From the IMG/VR virus record IMGVR_UViG_2516653058_000003, positions 8,875 through 72,874 of that record: 64,000 nt of DNA; one strand, given 5' to 3'. The stretch comes from a virus (taxonomy: Duplodnaviria > Caudoviricetes). The position numbers and the translations under genes are program-made. Shown here in pieces: positions 1 to 10,217 of this stretch; the first letter of the stretch is position 1, and each line of letters opens with the position of its first letter. The notes under the pieces are model-generated. The model searched no databases, was not told where the DNA came from, and was given only the letters and a program-made list of their open reading frames with translations.

Positions 1-3000
1 CTTGGTTGTAAACCTGTTCCTTGGGGTCTGTGTACAGTTTTGCCCGTTCATCGACAGGCAGGTTCTTTAACCCGTCCAACTGGACAGCAGTTTGGCCGCT
101 TTTATCAAAAAGCTCTTCAAAGTGCGCCACTTTTGTGGCCAAATCCCTCTCTGACTCCTGTTGCTTAATAGCCAGCAATTCCGCCTGTATGGCTTTTTCG
201 CGGGCCAGGTTGCGGGTTTCCTTAGCCTTCTTTAGCTCCTCCTCCAGCATAGCTTCTTTGCTATTGTTAGCTAGGTCACCGATATACTGAGCCTGTCCCG
301 CTTTGCTAGTGGCGGAGCTAAACTCGGACTCCCTCGCCATTTTTTCTTTGGCGAGTTTGTCAGCTATTTCTTTGTCCTTACGTTCCTTCTCTGTTTGAGT
401 CTTTTTAGTTTCTAAATCAGTACGGGCTTCGTTGATCTGTTCGTCCAGAAATGTCAACAGCACATGGCGTTTTTCTTGTGCCGCTTTTTCTTCTTTGCTG
501 ACAGGGGTGACAAAGCCAGAGGAGTTGCTGGCAGGGCTGTGCGACATATCCCCTTCAAGCTTCCGTTTGGCGGCTTCCAAAGCAGAAATGTTGTTTTCAA
601 TAACTTGTTCGGTAGCCGTGGCGGCTGCAGCCGATGTGGCACGGATAGATAGTATTAGACGGTCAAACCCGGCGGAGTCCACACCTTCCAGGTTGGTCCA
701 GGCAGCCGCCATCGCATCAACTTTGTTGTTTAGCATGTCCGCCATTTGATTGGGGGCATCTTCAAAAACCAGTTGGTAAGCTTTAGCTAAAGCACTGGAT
801 ACCTTTTCAAAATTTTCAGGGGTTACAGCTTTGGTGGTCGTGATTAGCTGTTTTTCTTCCTCAGACAATTTGTTATAGGTGGCTAATATGGATTTTTGGA
901 CAGCACTCGGATCAGCAGAATTAATAGCCTCATTAATCTCCCGTAATTGTTGCTCCGTCTTGCTGGCAATAATGGCCTGGCTGGCGGCCACACTTTGTCC
1001 GGCTTCCGAAAGGGATTTCACTTTCTCATCGGAAACGTCGATCAGCTTACGCAACCTCTCCAGGACTTCCTTCTGGGCAGGGGATCCAGACTCTACCCCT
1101 TCTGTACCCAGTTTGGTGACCTCTTTTATGATCTCGTCAGAAAGAGTAGCGACGCCCAATTGTTTTGCAATTTTCTCCTTTGCTTCAGTAAAATCTTTGC
1201 GAGCCTCATCAACAATGGCGGCCTGTCCATCCTTGGTAGAGGAAGAGAACGACGCATACGCTGTCGTATGCTCGTCAATCTGTTTTTGTTGGTCAGCCAT
1301 TTGCTTAGTGGCTGCCTGAAGCCTGGCCTGTGGGTCTCCTTGGCCTTTGAATAACTGGTATGTGCCATAAAGCGTTGCGGCTGCGGCAGCAGCCACAGCT
1401 ATTGCCCTGATTATCGGGATTTGCTTTAGAAACAATAAAGGGGCTTCGGCGAACAACTGAATACCTGCATAAAGGTCTCTCCAGACTACCACCCCTTTCT
1501 TGGCCACATCCCCTGTTTTCCCGGCCAAGGAAGATAAGGCAGCAGCATACAAGGCAGCCTCTCCGGCCATGGCCAAATTATCCCCGGTGTCACCTTGGGT
1601 GTGGGATAATGTATCCGCACCGGAAGCAGCAGACCCTACGCCTAACGCCGCCGCACCTCTTTTGATAAATCCACCGGAGGTTTTAGCATAAGCCAACCCC
1701 CCGGCCACAGCGCCGAATATTAATGACCTCTGGGTAGACCCTGACGACTCGCCATTGGCTTGTATGACATTTTGCCGGGCAGCCTCCAGTAAAGACTTTA
1801 GCGTTTTAGTGATATCAACTATGGTAGGGAAAAAACCACTTATTAACTCGTGGTTAAGTGACACAGCGGAAGATTCAAGGCCGCTGAGGGCGTTACTGAC
1901 CGCCTCCATGTTAGTGGCAGCCCCACGGTCAATCGCGCCTGATTGGGAAATTTGGGCGATATTTTCGATGCGCTTGTCGAGTGAATCTAATAATGGCAGC
2001 AAGACGTTTTGTGCGCGTGTTTCAGTGACCCGGTTAAAGTCATTACGGGCCACCCCAGCAACACCAAGGCGTTTCAATTCCAGCAATACGGACTGGATAG
2101 GGTCATCGGATTTCGTAAAGCTTTGGTATTTTGCACGAATCTGGGCTTCCGATATAAGCCCTTCACCAATTTTGGCATACCGGTCTTTCAAGAAAGACAT
2201 CAACTTGGCATCCGGGGAGAACAACTCGACCATCATCTCCCGTAAACCGGTGGCGATGGTGGAGTCCTTTACACCTCTATTAGACAGCACAGCCGCAGAA
2301 GCCAGCAATTGGGTATCGGATACCCCGGTCAGCTTGGCGGTAGACGCACTCAAAGAGATGATGGTGCGCAGCCCTTCCGTAGTCAGTTTGGACACGTTGA
2401 CGGCTTGCGCCAGTCGATCCGCCAAGGCGGCCATTTGCATCGGTTCAGTTTTGTCAAACGCCTCGCTGAGGGATGTCAACACTTCCGAAGAGGTCTTAAG
2501 GTCTGCTGACGTGGTTGACGCCAATTTCGAGACCGTAGAAAGGATGCTGGGCAGGTTATTGATCTGAATACCCGCTTGTGCCAACACTTGTGCCGCCTGG
2601 GCAATCTCGGACGTAGAGAATTGGCTGGCCTCGGATACGCCTTTAATCGCCTCTTCGACTATAGCCATCTCGTTCTTGCTGGCTTGCGAGATGGCCTGGA
2701 TGGCGTGCAGGGCTTTATCTAATCCGGTGGTGTCTGAAAACAAGGATCCAACGCCGGACAATAGTTTATATCCCGCCCCATAGAGGACAGCATAACGTAG
2801 GAATTGCTGTGTGGCGATGGCTGCCTGATGGGTGAACCCGGCAAGCCCACGCATCTCACTATTAACAAATTTCAAGCCTTGCTGAAGCTCTGGTAGCCTG
2901 CCGCCAAGTTTTTTGTATTCGTCATTGAGCAGCTTGAAATCAGCGGAGGCGGGGTTTTTGCCTGCCATCTCTTGCAGCAAATCCTTACGGGCTGCTTTAA

Positions 3001-4045
3001 TATTCTTAATCTGTGCGGTCAGGCTATCAGAAACAGCCGCTTGTTCATGTGGTTGCAGGGATAGTAGTTGGGAAGGTGAAAACCCACCTACCCGATGTAC
3101 GGCTTGGTCGGATATACTACCTAAAAGGGCGGTTGCGGCCACCTCCCGCTGTTTCTGTTCATCCTTACGCTGTTCGGCGGCCATCCGCTTCCGGGCGGCA
3201 TAGTTCAGCTGGCGAAGCCGGTCCGCTTCCTTTTCTGCAGCCGTCGATACTTTAGCCTCGTCGGCGGCCATCCGCTTCCGGGCGGCATAGTTCAGCTGGC
3301 GAAGCCGGTCCGCTTCTTTCTCGGAATCAATAGCAGATTTTTGAGTGGATGCTTTCTCCCGCTTATCAATCTCAGATGGCTGCATGGCTTTAGTAGCTGC
3401 TGCCATTTGATTACTGAGTATTTGGGATACGCTACCAAACCCCGGTAGGGATAGCTTTTCAGGTTTGATGATCTGAAAAGTCCCGCCAGCACCTGTGACG
3501 ACTTTTACACCTTCCGAAGCCCTACGGTGTATATCTGAGATTTCTTTTTTATAATCATTGATATATTGAGTGTATGCCCTTAAGTTTTCCGCCCGCTTTG
3601 ACCCATTGCGTTCTTTAAGGATTTTATCTATTTCAAAAGGATCGGACAAAACCCTCTGCATATCCTGCTTGGTTTTTGGCGTAACTTTTATTGTCGGTAT
3701 CTTCTCCAAGGCATCATTGAAATCTTCAAACAGAGACTTCACAGCGGCTTGCCGTTTACGTAACGATTTGCTGGTTTGGTCTGATTTGCCAATATTATCG
3801 GCAAGTTGTTCGTCGATTTTCGCAATCTCAGACGTCAGCCGTTTCTTCAGTTTGTTGATGTCGGTCTTGTTGAGTTTTATATCCTTCAGTTCAACTGGCA
3901 AATCAAAGGCAGCGGTTGGCGCGTCCATTTTGTGAATCAAGGCACTGATGACTTGGTTCATAGATTTATGGAAGTCGGCCTCATTTTCGACTTTGCCGGC
4001 CTTCAAGACATAATCGACAATTGTTTCTAGTTTGATGTCTGCCAC
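1..4045 (-). CDS. Tail tape measure protein (C-terminus runs off the window edge)
   Basis: Manual minus-strand translation from GTG at 4045, with AAGGAG upstream, gives a long Ala/Leu/Lys-rich helical protein. It contains a TP901-type core (…HAIQAISQASKNEMAIVEEAIKGVSEASQFSTSEIAQAAQVLAQAG…) and follows the tail tube and chaperone genes. Confidence 0.88.
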   Translation of the reverse strand, partial: MADIKLETIVDYVLKAGKVENEADFHKSMNQVISALIHKMDAPTAAFDLPVELKDIKLNKTDINKLKKRLTSEIAKIDEQLADNIGKSDQTSKSLRKRQAAVKSLFEDFNDALEKIPTIKVTPKTKQDMQRVLSDPFEIDKILKERNGSKRAENLRAYTQYINDYKKEISDIHRRASEGVKVVTGAGGTFQIIKPEKLSLPGFGSVSQILSNQMAAATKAMQPSEIDKREKASTQKSAIDSEKEADRLRQLNYAARKRMAADEAKVSTAAEKEADRLRQLNYAARKRMAAEQRKDEQKQREVAATALLGSISDQAVHRVGGFSPSQLLSLQPHEQAAVSDSLTAQIKNIKAARKDLLQEMAGKNPASADFKLLNDEYKKLGGRLPELQQGLKFVNSEMRGLAGFTHQAAIATQQFLRYAVLYGAGYKLLSGVGSLFSDTTGLDKALHAIQAISQASKNEMAIVEEAIKGVSEASQFSTSEIAQAAQVLAQAGIQINNLPSILSTVSKLASTTSADLKTSSEVLTSLSEAFDKTEPMQMAALADRLAQAVNVSKLTTEGLRTIISLSASTAKLTGVSDTQLLASAAVLSNRGVKDSTIATGLREMMVELFSPDAKLMSFLKDRYAKIGEGLISEAQIRAKYQSFTKSDDPIQSVLLELKRLGVAGVARNDFNRVTETRAQNVLLPLLDSLDKRIENIAQISQSGAIDRGAATNMEAVSNALSGLESSAVSLNHELISGFFPTIVDITKTLKSLLEAARQNVIQANGESSGSTQRSLIFGAVAGGLAYAKTSGGFIKRGAAALGVGSAASGADTLSHTQGDTGDNLAMAGEAALYAAALSSLAGKTGDVAKKGVVVWRDLYAGIQLFAEAPLLFLKQIPIIRAIAVAAAAAATLYGTYQLFKGQGDPQARLQAATKQMADQQKQIDEHTTAYASFSSSTKDGQAAIVDEARKDFTEAKEKIAKQLGVATLSDEIIKEVTKLGTEGVESGSPAQKEVLERLRKLIDVSDEKVKSLSEAGQSVAASQAIIASKTEQQLREINEAINSADPSAVQKSILATYNKLSEEEKQLITTTKAVTPENFEKVSSALAKAYQLVFEDAPNQMADMLNNKVDAMAAAWTNLEGVDSAGFDRLILSIRATSAAAATATEQVIENNISALEAAKRKLEGDMSHSPASNSSGFVTPVSKEEKAAQEKRHVLLTFLDEQINEARTDLETKKTQTEKERKDKEIADKLAKEKMARESEFSSATSKAGQAQYIGDLANNSKEAMLEEELKKAKETRNLAREKAIQAELLAIKQQESERDLATKVAHFEELFDKSGQTAVQLDGLKNLPVDERAKLYTDPKEQVYNQ
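3174..3316. repeat. 56-bp exact direct repeat inside the tape measure gene
   Basis: 3174-3229 is identical to 3261-3316. The 87-bp period is in frame (EADRLRQLNYAARKRMAA twice). Confidence 0.9.
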
Positions 4046-4057
4046 GGTAAACTCCTT

Positions 4058-4588
4058 TTACCTAAATAACGCACTAATATCAGCCGCCGAGGCTCCGGTA
4101 AGGTCTAAATCTTCTGATCCGCCTTCATCCCCGTCATATTTGCCTCCAAAACCATACAACACCGCTTCATACAGAAAAGTATTTGACTCTTGCTGTAGCG
4201 ATAAATAATCTTCAATAACCTGCACCGCTATAGACGCATCGACAGTGGAATAAAGGTGGTCCGCTTTGGCTATATCCCACCCACATGCCATCACCAGCAC
4301 CCGGTCGGCTGGAAGTTTAGAAAGGAATTTGTTAAAGGAGGTACCTAACGACTTACCTTGGGGGTTTTTGTTGGTGGACTTTTCCTTGGGCTTATCCAAC
4401 TCCTTAACCCGCTCCAAAAAGTAATCCATATCCTCTTCGGTCGGCGGTTTACGGTCGCAACAATGTATCAGCGTGGCAACGATGGCCTCAGGTAGGGGCA
4501 CTGCTTTGCTTAAGGTTTCGAGGTGTTCTAGTGCCAATAAAGGCACCGGAAACCTATGGGTGAAGTGTATCTGGTGGAAAATAGACAT
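4058..4588 (-). CDS. Putative tail assembly chaperone
   Basis: Lies between tail tube and tape measure genes; likely start MSIFHQ at 4588; acidic C-terminus. Assigned by position only. Confidence 0.55.
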   Translation of the reverse strand: MSIFHQIHFTHRFPVPLLALEHLETLSKAVPLPEAIVATLIHCCDRKPPTEEDMDYFLERVKELDKPKEKSTNKNPQGKSLGTSFNKFLSKLPADRVLVMACGWDIAKADHLYSTVDASIAVQVIEDYLSLQQESNTFLYEAVLYGFGGKYDGDEGGSEDLDLTGASAADISALFR

Positions 4589-4635
4589 GCCGTGTCCTAG
4601 TGAATATCCTTTGTGTAAGTATATCACCAGACAAT

Positions 4636-4661
4636 AAAAAAGGCCTCCGAAGAGGCCTTTT
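4636..4661 (-). terminator. Intrinsic terminator after the tail tube gene
   Basis: Minus strand reads AAAAGGCCTC-TTCG-GAGGCCTTTTTT: a GC stem, a C(UUCG)G tetraloop and a U-tract. Confidence 0.9.
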
Positions 4662-4680
4662 CTTATGTGGGTGGGTGGGG

Positions 4681-5568
4681 TTATACGGATACGGCGTCAG
4701 GGATGTCCAACACTTCGAAGATTGGCCGCGAGGCGATACGGTCACGAACGTGATACAACGCGCTGGCTGCGTCAGTATAATCCAAATCATACGGACGCAA
4801 AGATTTAACCTGCATATCAAACTTGGACCAGTCACTAGCGCCCAAAGTAAGTGACAGAGAAGGCACAATGAAGTTTTTCCAGAAATTGAACACCACTGGA
4901 CGGCCTGTGGGGCGGTTAAGTTGGATCAACTGCATGGAGTAGTAAGAGGGCACATAGACATCATGGCCGCCGGAAGTGACTTTCGCCTTGTACCATTTTA
5001 CGGTGGAACCAGCCGCGAAGGCGACACTGCCGCTGGCCGGGCCGACGAACGGGGTGTCTGCAGAGACATCAATCACAGCATACACAGCAGGTGACACCGG
5101 CGCGGTGAATGTGTCAACTGAGCAGATACACATGCGGCTAGGGTCGTCCACTTGGTACATGACAATCATATCCCCGGCAGCCAAAGTGAAACCGGAAGGG
5201 CCGACGAGGTGGAGGCCTGTGTTATCCCCAATAGTTAGGGAAGTGTTGGCCACTGTGCCACCCACATCCGTGGATAGGGCGTCATAATCGGCGACGCCGT
5301 TTGACATCAATAAATTTAAGTTGCGGCGGCTGGACTCTTGAAGGGTCCCGGTAAAGCCGGTGACGGTGCTGGTTACGGCGGAGTCGAATAGGACAGGGGC
5401 GAAACCCGCCTTAAGGTCGGCAGTGTCTGATTGGATATCCAATTTGACGTTATCGACATAGCCGACTGAGTGGTCTGAAGTTAAGAGACCGGCCTGCGCC
5501 AAGGTACCAACCCTGACTTCACAAGTGCCGATGAACGCTTTCGCGGTTTTAGGTGAGCCTATGGCCAT
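4681..5568 (-). CDS. Major tail (tube) protein
   Basis: About 295 aa, beta-rich, with GGAGGG before MAIGSP. Has its own terminator and sits upstream of chaperone and tape measure genes. Confidence 0.7.
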   Translation of the reverse strand: MAIGSPKTAKAFIGTCEVRVGTLAQAGLLTSDHSVGYVDNVKLDIQSDTADLKAGFAPVLFDSAVTSTVTGFTGTLQESSRRNLNLLMSNGVADYDALSTDVGGTVANTSLTIGDNTGLHLVGPSGFTLAAGDMIVMYQVDDPSRMCICSVDTFTAPVSPAVYAVIDVSADTPFVGPASGSVAFAAGSTVKWYKAKVTSGGHDVYVPSYYSMQLIQLNRPTGRPVVFNFWKNFIVPSLSLTLGASDWSKFDMQVKSLRPYDLDYTDAASALYHVRDRIASRPIFEVLDIPDAVSV

Positions 5569-5628
5569 ATTCCCCTCCATGGGTATTGGTTGTTAATAAA
5601 TCCTTTTAACATTGATAGCTTAAGGCTA

Positions 5629-6462
5629 TTAGTCTAGCTTTTCAAGTGCTCTTTTAAATTGCCGACCCACTTCCACCGCATACGGGCGGACTAACGGGCG
5701 GAAATGTTCGGCGTAAACGATGCCATTGGCGCCAGTGTTGTCCGGCCTTCCGTTTGGGAAGGTTGATGTACGCTTCAGACCATGTAAAAACGCCACCCGG
5801 ATGAAGTCAAATTGCCCTAGTGACGGGTAGTTTATCGTAAAGGTGGTGACCAGGTCATACCCGTCATGTTTCCAGGTCATCTTGCCTTTTTGGTAGGATG
5901 CTGTGGACCTCAGACGGCGTTGCCAGGAAGCAGCCACGGAATTAAAGGCAAGACGGGCAGATTTGTTTTCGGTACGCTTTTTAAAAAATCTTGCTGACCT
6001 AGGTAACCTCATAAAATAACGCTTTGTCAGCTTTTTCCATGTCACCGGAAAACTAATCAATACGTTGCTGGAGCCTTTAGTCGATTTACTTAAAACGGAT
6101 ATCTTATGCACCACGGAAACTGAGACTGTGCCCCTGTTATAAGCCCCCCGTGCTTGGACTTTATGTTTCCTGGCAAACGCCTTACGGCCAGGTACCAAAG
6201 GGGGTTCTTGGTATTGGGCTGGAACCGTACTGTTATTCACCAATTCCACTGCGCCATTGACAGCTGCCGAAAAGAAACCTATCGCCGTATTCACCACCTC
6301 GGTTCGCTTCTCTTTGGCTAGTTTATCCAACCTAGATTCATCAATGCCATACGCTTTAATAGACTGCTTTACCTTTTGCGACAGGGATTGTTTAGCACTA
6401 GCAGATAGCAGGTTGTTCTGTTGGAACTGGCGCCGGCCTTGTGTGAACGTGACCTTTGCCAT
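5629..6462 (-). CDS. Virion morphogenesis (neck/tail completion) protein, basic
   Basis: ORF in the neck module; likely start MAKVTF at 6462; K/R-rich. Confidence 0.45.
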   Translation of the reverse strand: MAKVTFTQGRRQFQQNNLLSASAKQSLSQKVKQSIKAYGIDESRLDKLAKEKRTEVVNTAIGFFSAAVNGAVELVNNSTVPAQYQEPPLVPGRKAFARKHKVQARGAYNRGTVSVSVVHKISVLSKSTKGSSNVLISFPVTWKKLTKRYFMRLPRSARFFKKRTENKSARLAFNSVAASWQRRLRSTASYQKGKMTWKHDGYDLVTTFTINYPSLGQFDFIRVAFLHGLKRTSTFPNGRPDNTGANGIVYAEHFRPLVRPYAVEVGRQFKRALEKLD

Positions 6463-6463
6463 A

Positions 6464-6913
6464 TCAGACAAACCTCTGGCACAAGGCCACCAGCTGATAC
6501 ATGTTGAGGCCAGATATTTGGTCAAAACGGGACGGAGTGGGAATACGGGAAATTGGAATCAACTCCCCTAATTTTACATCCCCAGCCACGGCGCCGCTGT
6601 AATCATAAACGGGAATCCCTTTATGGATGTCCAACACTTCTGAAATTGTGCCTAGAATAGTTTTAGCAATATACTGGGCAGGGTCATCGGACGTACGGGC
6701 ACCCGCCTCAAACACCACAGCGTAATAAGGATCCCGTGGGTTTGGGGTTATCCCTGGGAAACTGACCACAATGGCCGGGGCTTTGGATTCCCCAATATCG
6801 GGGGTCAGGTATGCCCCGTCGAGGTCAAAGAATATCCAACCGCTGGCCATTGCCAAATCTGATAGCACCTTGTCAATCGTCGATTTAACCGCGACATCGA
6901 ATGTAGTTGTCAT
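6464..6913 (-). CDS. Putative tail terminator/completion protein
   Basis: 149 aa; size and position in the neck module. Confidence 0.45.
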   Translation of the reverse strand: MTTTFDVAVKSTIDKVLSDLAMASGWIFFDLDGAYLTPDIGESKAPAIVVSFPGITPNPRDPYYAVVFEAGARTSDDPAQYIAKTILGTISEVLDIHKGIPVYDYSGAVAGDVKLGELIPISRIPTPSRFDQISGLNMYQLVALCQRFV

Positions 6914-7635
6914 AGTGGGTTTATCGCTGTCCGTCTACAAATACCCCGGCAATAGGTCATACCGAAATATTGCCAGACTTCTTGAATGTCATAAATCAAA
7001 TCACTGGTGTTATCTTGGATATGCAACTCATAGGATGTGTCGATAGACACGCCTTTGGGCATGATAATGATTTCATCTACGAACTCGGTAGCCGGGACTT
7101 CTCCTGAACTATCCACGGCGGCAGGCTCTTTATCACAATAGGTGGTGGCTTTCACTTCGCGGGTGGGGTTTATTTTCACCCCGGAAGCAGCGAACCCAAA
7201 AGACAAGCCAATAATGGAGCAAGTGAAGTATGCCCGGCGAACCAGTGTCGATATGCTGTAAGGATTTTCGGAGCGGTCTGTATTTGAAGATCCGACCAGA
7301 TATATGTCATCATCGAATTTGATCACAGATACGGAGTCAGGGATTGGTTTGGCTGGGTCAGTCAATAGTGTGCGTAATTTCCCAGACACATCGGAACCGG
7401 AGAGGGTGCGGTCATTGGCAAGCAGTGCACCTTTGGTTATTTCTACCCAGCTGGTGCCAGTTATTGAACTTTCCCCAGATACGTGTCCAAATAGATCACT
7501 GGAACTGGTGAGGTCACCTACAACGGTGCTGTCACCAAGCATATCTCCCGCCGTTAGGTTAGAAACAAGTAAGCTACTGGCCAATGCGTTGACTGGAGTC
7601 CTCAGGAAACGGTTGGCGGCGTGTTTGATACCCAT
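6910..7635 (-). CDS. Putative head closure/neck protein
   Basis: 241 aa; overlaps its neighbour by 4 nt; position only. Confidence 0.4.
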   Translation of the reverse strand: MGIKHAANRFLRTPVNALASSLLVSNLTAGDMLGDSTVVGDLTSSSDLFGHVSGESSITGTSWVEITKGALLANDRTLSGSDVSGKLRTLLTDPAKPIPDSVSVIKFDDDIYLVGSSNTDRSENPYSISTLVRRAYFTCSIIGLSFGFAASGVKINPTREVKATTYCDKEPAAVDSSGEVPATEFVDEIIIMPKGVSIDTSYELHIQDNTSDLIYDIQEVWQYFGMTYCRGICRRTAINPL

Positions 7636-7636
7636 A

Positions 7637-8098
7637 TTACCCGGTCACCGGGTCGTATGAAGGCGCAACAGCAGACAATACCGCCATCGGGGTGGGAGCC
7701 GATTCTGTATCCAAAGCCGTCAACAACGCCTGCCGGTATACTCCGGCCTGTTTACGTGCGGCGTCCGCCAATTTCATCAGGTCCGTGGAGCTAAAACGCT
7801 CGAAAGCATTTTTACCGTCCGTCTCTCTGGATTTTACGATCAGGGCGGCATCCAGCACCCTAGCTGCCCCGTAATAACTACACCACAGCACCAAGCAATC
7901 AGAATTGTTACGAAGTTGGGCGGTTGTCGATTCTGTATCCTGCAGATAAATGTCTGCGTGGTTGGGTAACCATGTAAACAGTTCGACGGACAACACCCGG
8001 TTCAATTCAAGGTCGGCCAAGAAAGTATCGGAGACGTCTTCCGATGACAGACCTGCCACCCCTAGAATACGGGCTGCTGTGGTGTAAATGATATCCAT
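7637..8098 (-). CDS. Putative head-tail adaptor
   Basis: 153 aa helical protein in the adaptor position downstream of the capsid genes. Confidence 0.5.
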   Translation of the reverse strand: MDIIYTTAARILGVAGLSSEDVSDTFLADLELNRVLSVELFTWLPNHADIYLQDTESTTAQLRNNSDCLVLWCSYYGAARVLDAALIVKSRETDGKNAFERFSSTDLMKLADAARKQAGVYRQALLTALDTESAPTPMAVLSAVAPSYDPVTG

Positions 8099-8099
8099 G

Positions 8100-8636
8100 T
8101 TATTGAAGATGCACTGTCAGGGCATTGATGGCAAACACAGGGGCGGAGTCCCCGGAGTTTATTGTCTTATTTGCCGTCAAGGCAGCAAAGGCAAGGACAT
8201 TACCAGCACCTACCGTACATGAATCCAGAATGGCGAAGCTGGTGACTGTAGTGGGGCCGGAACTGGGGGCGGAGCCTATTGTAATGGCCACGTTGTTTTT
8301 CACGGTGCCTGTGGTTCCCGTACTTGCACCGGAGGTTTCACCACCAGTACCTGACCAGTTACTGGCTGACGGGTTTAGCTGCCCTCGTGCGTATCCGGTA
8401 TAAGACGCTTCGGAAATGGTTGCCCCAGTGCTTGCGGCGGTTGGGGTGGATGTGGTGAGTGCCACACATGCGACCGTAGGGGCTGTGAAGGTCTGCCCTC
8501 GGTATACATAATCCAACACCTTATTGTTAAAGTAATTGGACAAGCCAGCTGCCGGCGAGCTAATGGGGATGACAGCACAGGCAAGTAAGGCAACCGAGAA
8601 TAATACTCGGCAGATGAGTTTGATTTGAGTTTTCAT
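8100..8636 (-). CDS. Small beta-rich virion protein of the widespread 'SNY..NK.LD' family, with a signal-peptide-like N-terminus
   Basis: Motifs GLSNYFNNKVLDY, YTGYAR, NNVAITI and LTANKTINSGD-APVFAINALTV. Preceded by MKTQIKLICRVLFSVALLACAVIPISSPAA. Confidence 0.65.
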   Translation of the reverse strand: MKTQIKLICRVLFSVALLACAVIPISSPAAGLSNYFNNKVLDYVYRGQTFTAPTVACVALTTSTPTAASTGATISEASYTGYARGQLNPSASNWSGTGGETSGASTGTTGTVKNNVAITIGSAPSSGPTTVTSFAILDSCTVGAGNVLAFAALTANKTINSGDSAPVFAINALTVHLQ

Positions 8637-8649
8637 AACTATCCTTGTT

Positions 8650-8922
8650 TTAAGGTTCTAGGTGGGTTATCACACCTGCGTCGATATTGCATTGGATCCA
8701 TTCAGTGATCTCCGACACTTCGGTGATTTGGCCGGGGTTAAAGCGTTGCCCTGTACGTGGCTCAGACAGCGCATACGGGCCGTCCACACGGATGAATGTG
8801 GAACTCTTCAAGGCTTTTGGAGGTAAGTCAACCTGATCTTGGAGTGAGGGATCCAGGATATCTACAGATTGTTGTGTGTCTGTAGTGGGTGGCGCATCCG
8901 TATCTCTCTTCGCTAATGCCAT
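8650..8922 (-). CDS. Hypothetical protein downstream of the capsid gene
   Basis: 90-aa ORF with GAGGA upstream. Confidence 0.6.
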   Translation of the reverse strand: MALAKRDTDAPPTTDTQQSVDILDPSLQDQVDLPPKALKSSTFIRVDGPYALSEPRTGQRFNPGQITEVSEITEWIQCNIDAGVITHLEP

Positions 8923-8939
8923 AATAATGTCCTCAATCT

Positions 8940-8966
8940 AAAAAGAGGTGCCAATTAAGGCACCTT
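8940..8966 (-). terminator. Intrinsic terminator after the major capsid gene
   Basis: Stem AGGTGCC/GGCACCT followed by CTTTTT on the minus strand. Confidence 0.7.
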
Positions 8967-8993
8967 AAAGTGGATTCTTCCAGGAGATGGTTA

Positions 8994-10187
8994 CTAGGAA
9001 GTGGTTAAAGTCAGTTTTTTCCAGCCGTCGTCGTTTTGCATCAGGCGGGTGGACATTTCGGCAAAGTCGAAACGCATCGCCGTAGTACGGCGCATGACAT
9101 ATTGCTCGACCGCCGAATAGGCTCCACCGACATAGATCATCTTGTGGATGGCCTTACGGCTGTCGATACCAATCAAGGTGTTGGCCCCGACCAACGCCGT
9201 GTCAACGATGAAGAAGTTGACGGCATTAGGGATACCAGGGTTAGCAGCTGTTGGGATTGAGGTCAAACGGATGTCATTGCCTGCGTCGCCGACAATCACC
9301 GGACGGCCAGTGCGGTTTTCGATGGCCAGATAGGTATCAATGTCGCAAATGACCCAGTCAATGGTCAGTTTTGTCCAATCTTTACGGAGCCACTTGACCC
9401 AGGCTTTATTGGTCATAGTGCCTGCGGCAGCAATCGAGCTGTCATAAACAGTCACGGCCTCCCCAGTCAACGTGCCAATACCCATGTCGGTGTCGCCATT
9501 GATCATAGCGGACAGGTATTGGTTAATCAGGCCTATACGTTGGCCAATGATTTGTTGTTGCAAAGTCATTCCCACCATATCAATGGTGGTGACTTTGGAC
9601 GCTTCATCACTGATCTCGAAACCAATAGATTTCGTAGGGATACGGTATGACTTGTCGGAGATGGAGATGGACACCATCGCCGTGGGTGGTGCACCTTGGG
9701 CAATAGGTTGTGCCAAGGAATCACGGGGCGCAGTCAAGTTGATGATCGGCTGATCTACACGCGGGCTGTCCGCAGATGAGGTCAATGCAACCATACGGTT
9801 GTAGACCCCTTCGTAGGTTGCCCAATCTGACATCAGTTCGGACTCGATCCACTGCAGGATGACGGCAGGGAACAACAGGCGTCCTGCCACAGTCAGAGCC
9901 TGGCTGCCGTCAGGACGGACGATGCCCATCATAGGGGCGCCTTCCAATACATCCACCATACGTGAGGCAGGCAAACCACGGGCATCGTCACGGTGTAGTG
10001 CCAGGCCGGCAGAGGTCATGACTTGTTGGAAGGCTTGGCCGTATTTCTCGGCATCGGTGTCATATTGTTGGTTGATAAATTGCGGAAGGGTAAGGCCTTT
10101 ATCAAAAGCTTCCTTGTACATTTCCACACTCAGGGTGACGTCATGGGCTTGCCCGTTTCTGTCCCTAACAAATACTTTTTGTGTCAT
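8994..10187 (-). CDS. Major capsid protein
   Basis: 397 aa; follows protease and decoration genes and is followed by a terminator, the canonical head-module order. Confidence 0.8.
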   Translation of the reverse strand: MTQKVFVRDRNGQAHDVTLSVEMYKEAFDKGLTLPQFINQQYDTDAEKYGQAFQQVMTSAGLALHRDDARGLPASRMVDVLEGAPMMGIVRPDGSQALTVAGRLLFPAVILQWIESELMSDWATYEGVYNRMVALTSSADSPRVDQPIINLTAPRDSLAQPIAQGAPPTAMVSISISDKSYRIPTKSIGFEISDEASKVTTIDMVGMTLQQQIIGQRIGLINQYLSAMINGDTDMGIGTLTGEAVTVYDSSIAAAGTMTNKAWVKWLRKDWTKLTIDWVICDIDTYLAIENRTGRPVIVGDAGNDIRLTSIPTAANPGIPNAVNFFIVDTALVGANTLIGIDSRKAIHKMIYVGGAYSAVEQYVMRRTTAMRFDFAEMSTRLMQNDDGWKKLTLTTS

Positions 10188-10217
10188 GGTTCGATTTCCT
10201 TATCGAGAGTGTTTAAA

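Noticed and set aside
21-3935. Plus-strand ORFs listed over 1-4 kb and over other structural genes
   Set aside because: They are antisense shadows of the tape measure and other minus-strand genes; Ser/Ala-rich with no RBS.
4058-4588. Programmed -1 frameshift in the tail chaperone
   Set aside because: It is a single continuous ORF, and I found no convincing slippery heptamer with a second overlapping frame.
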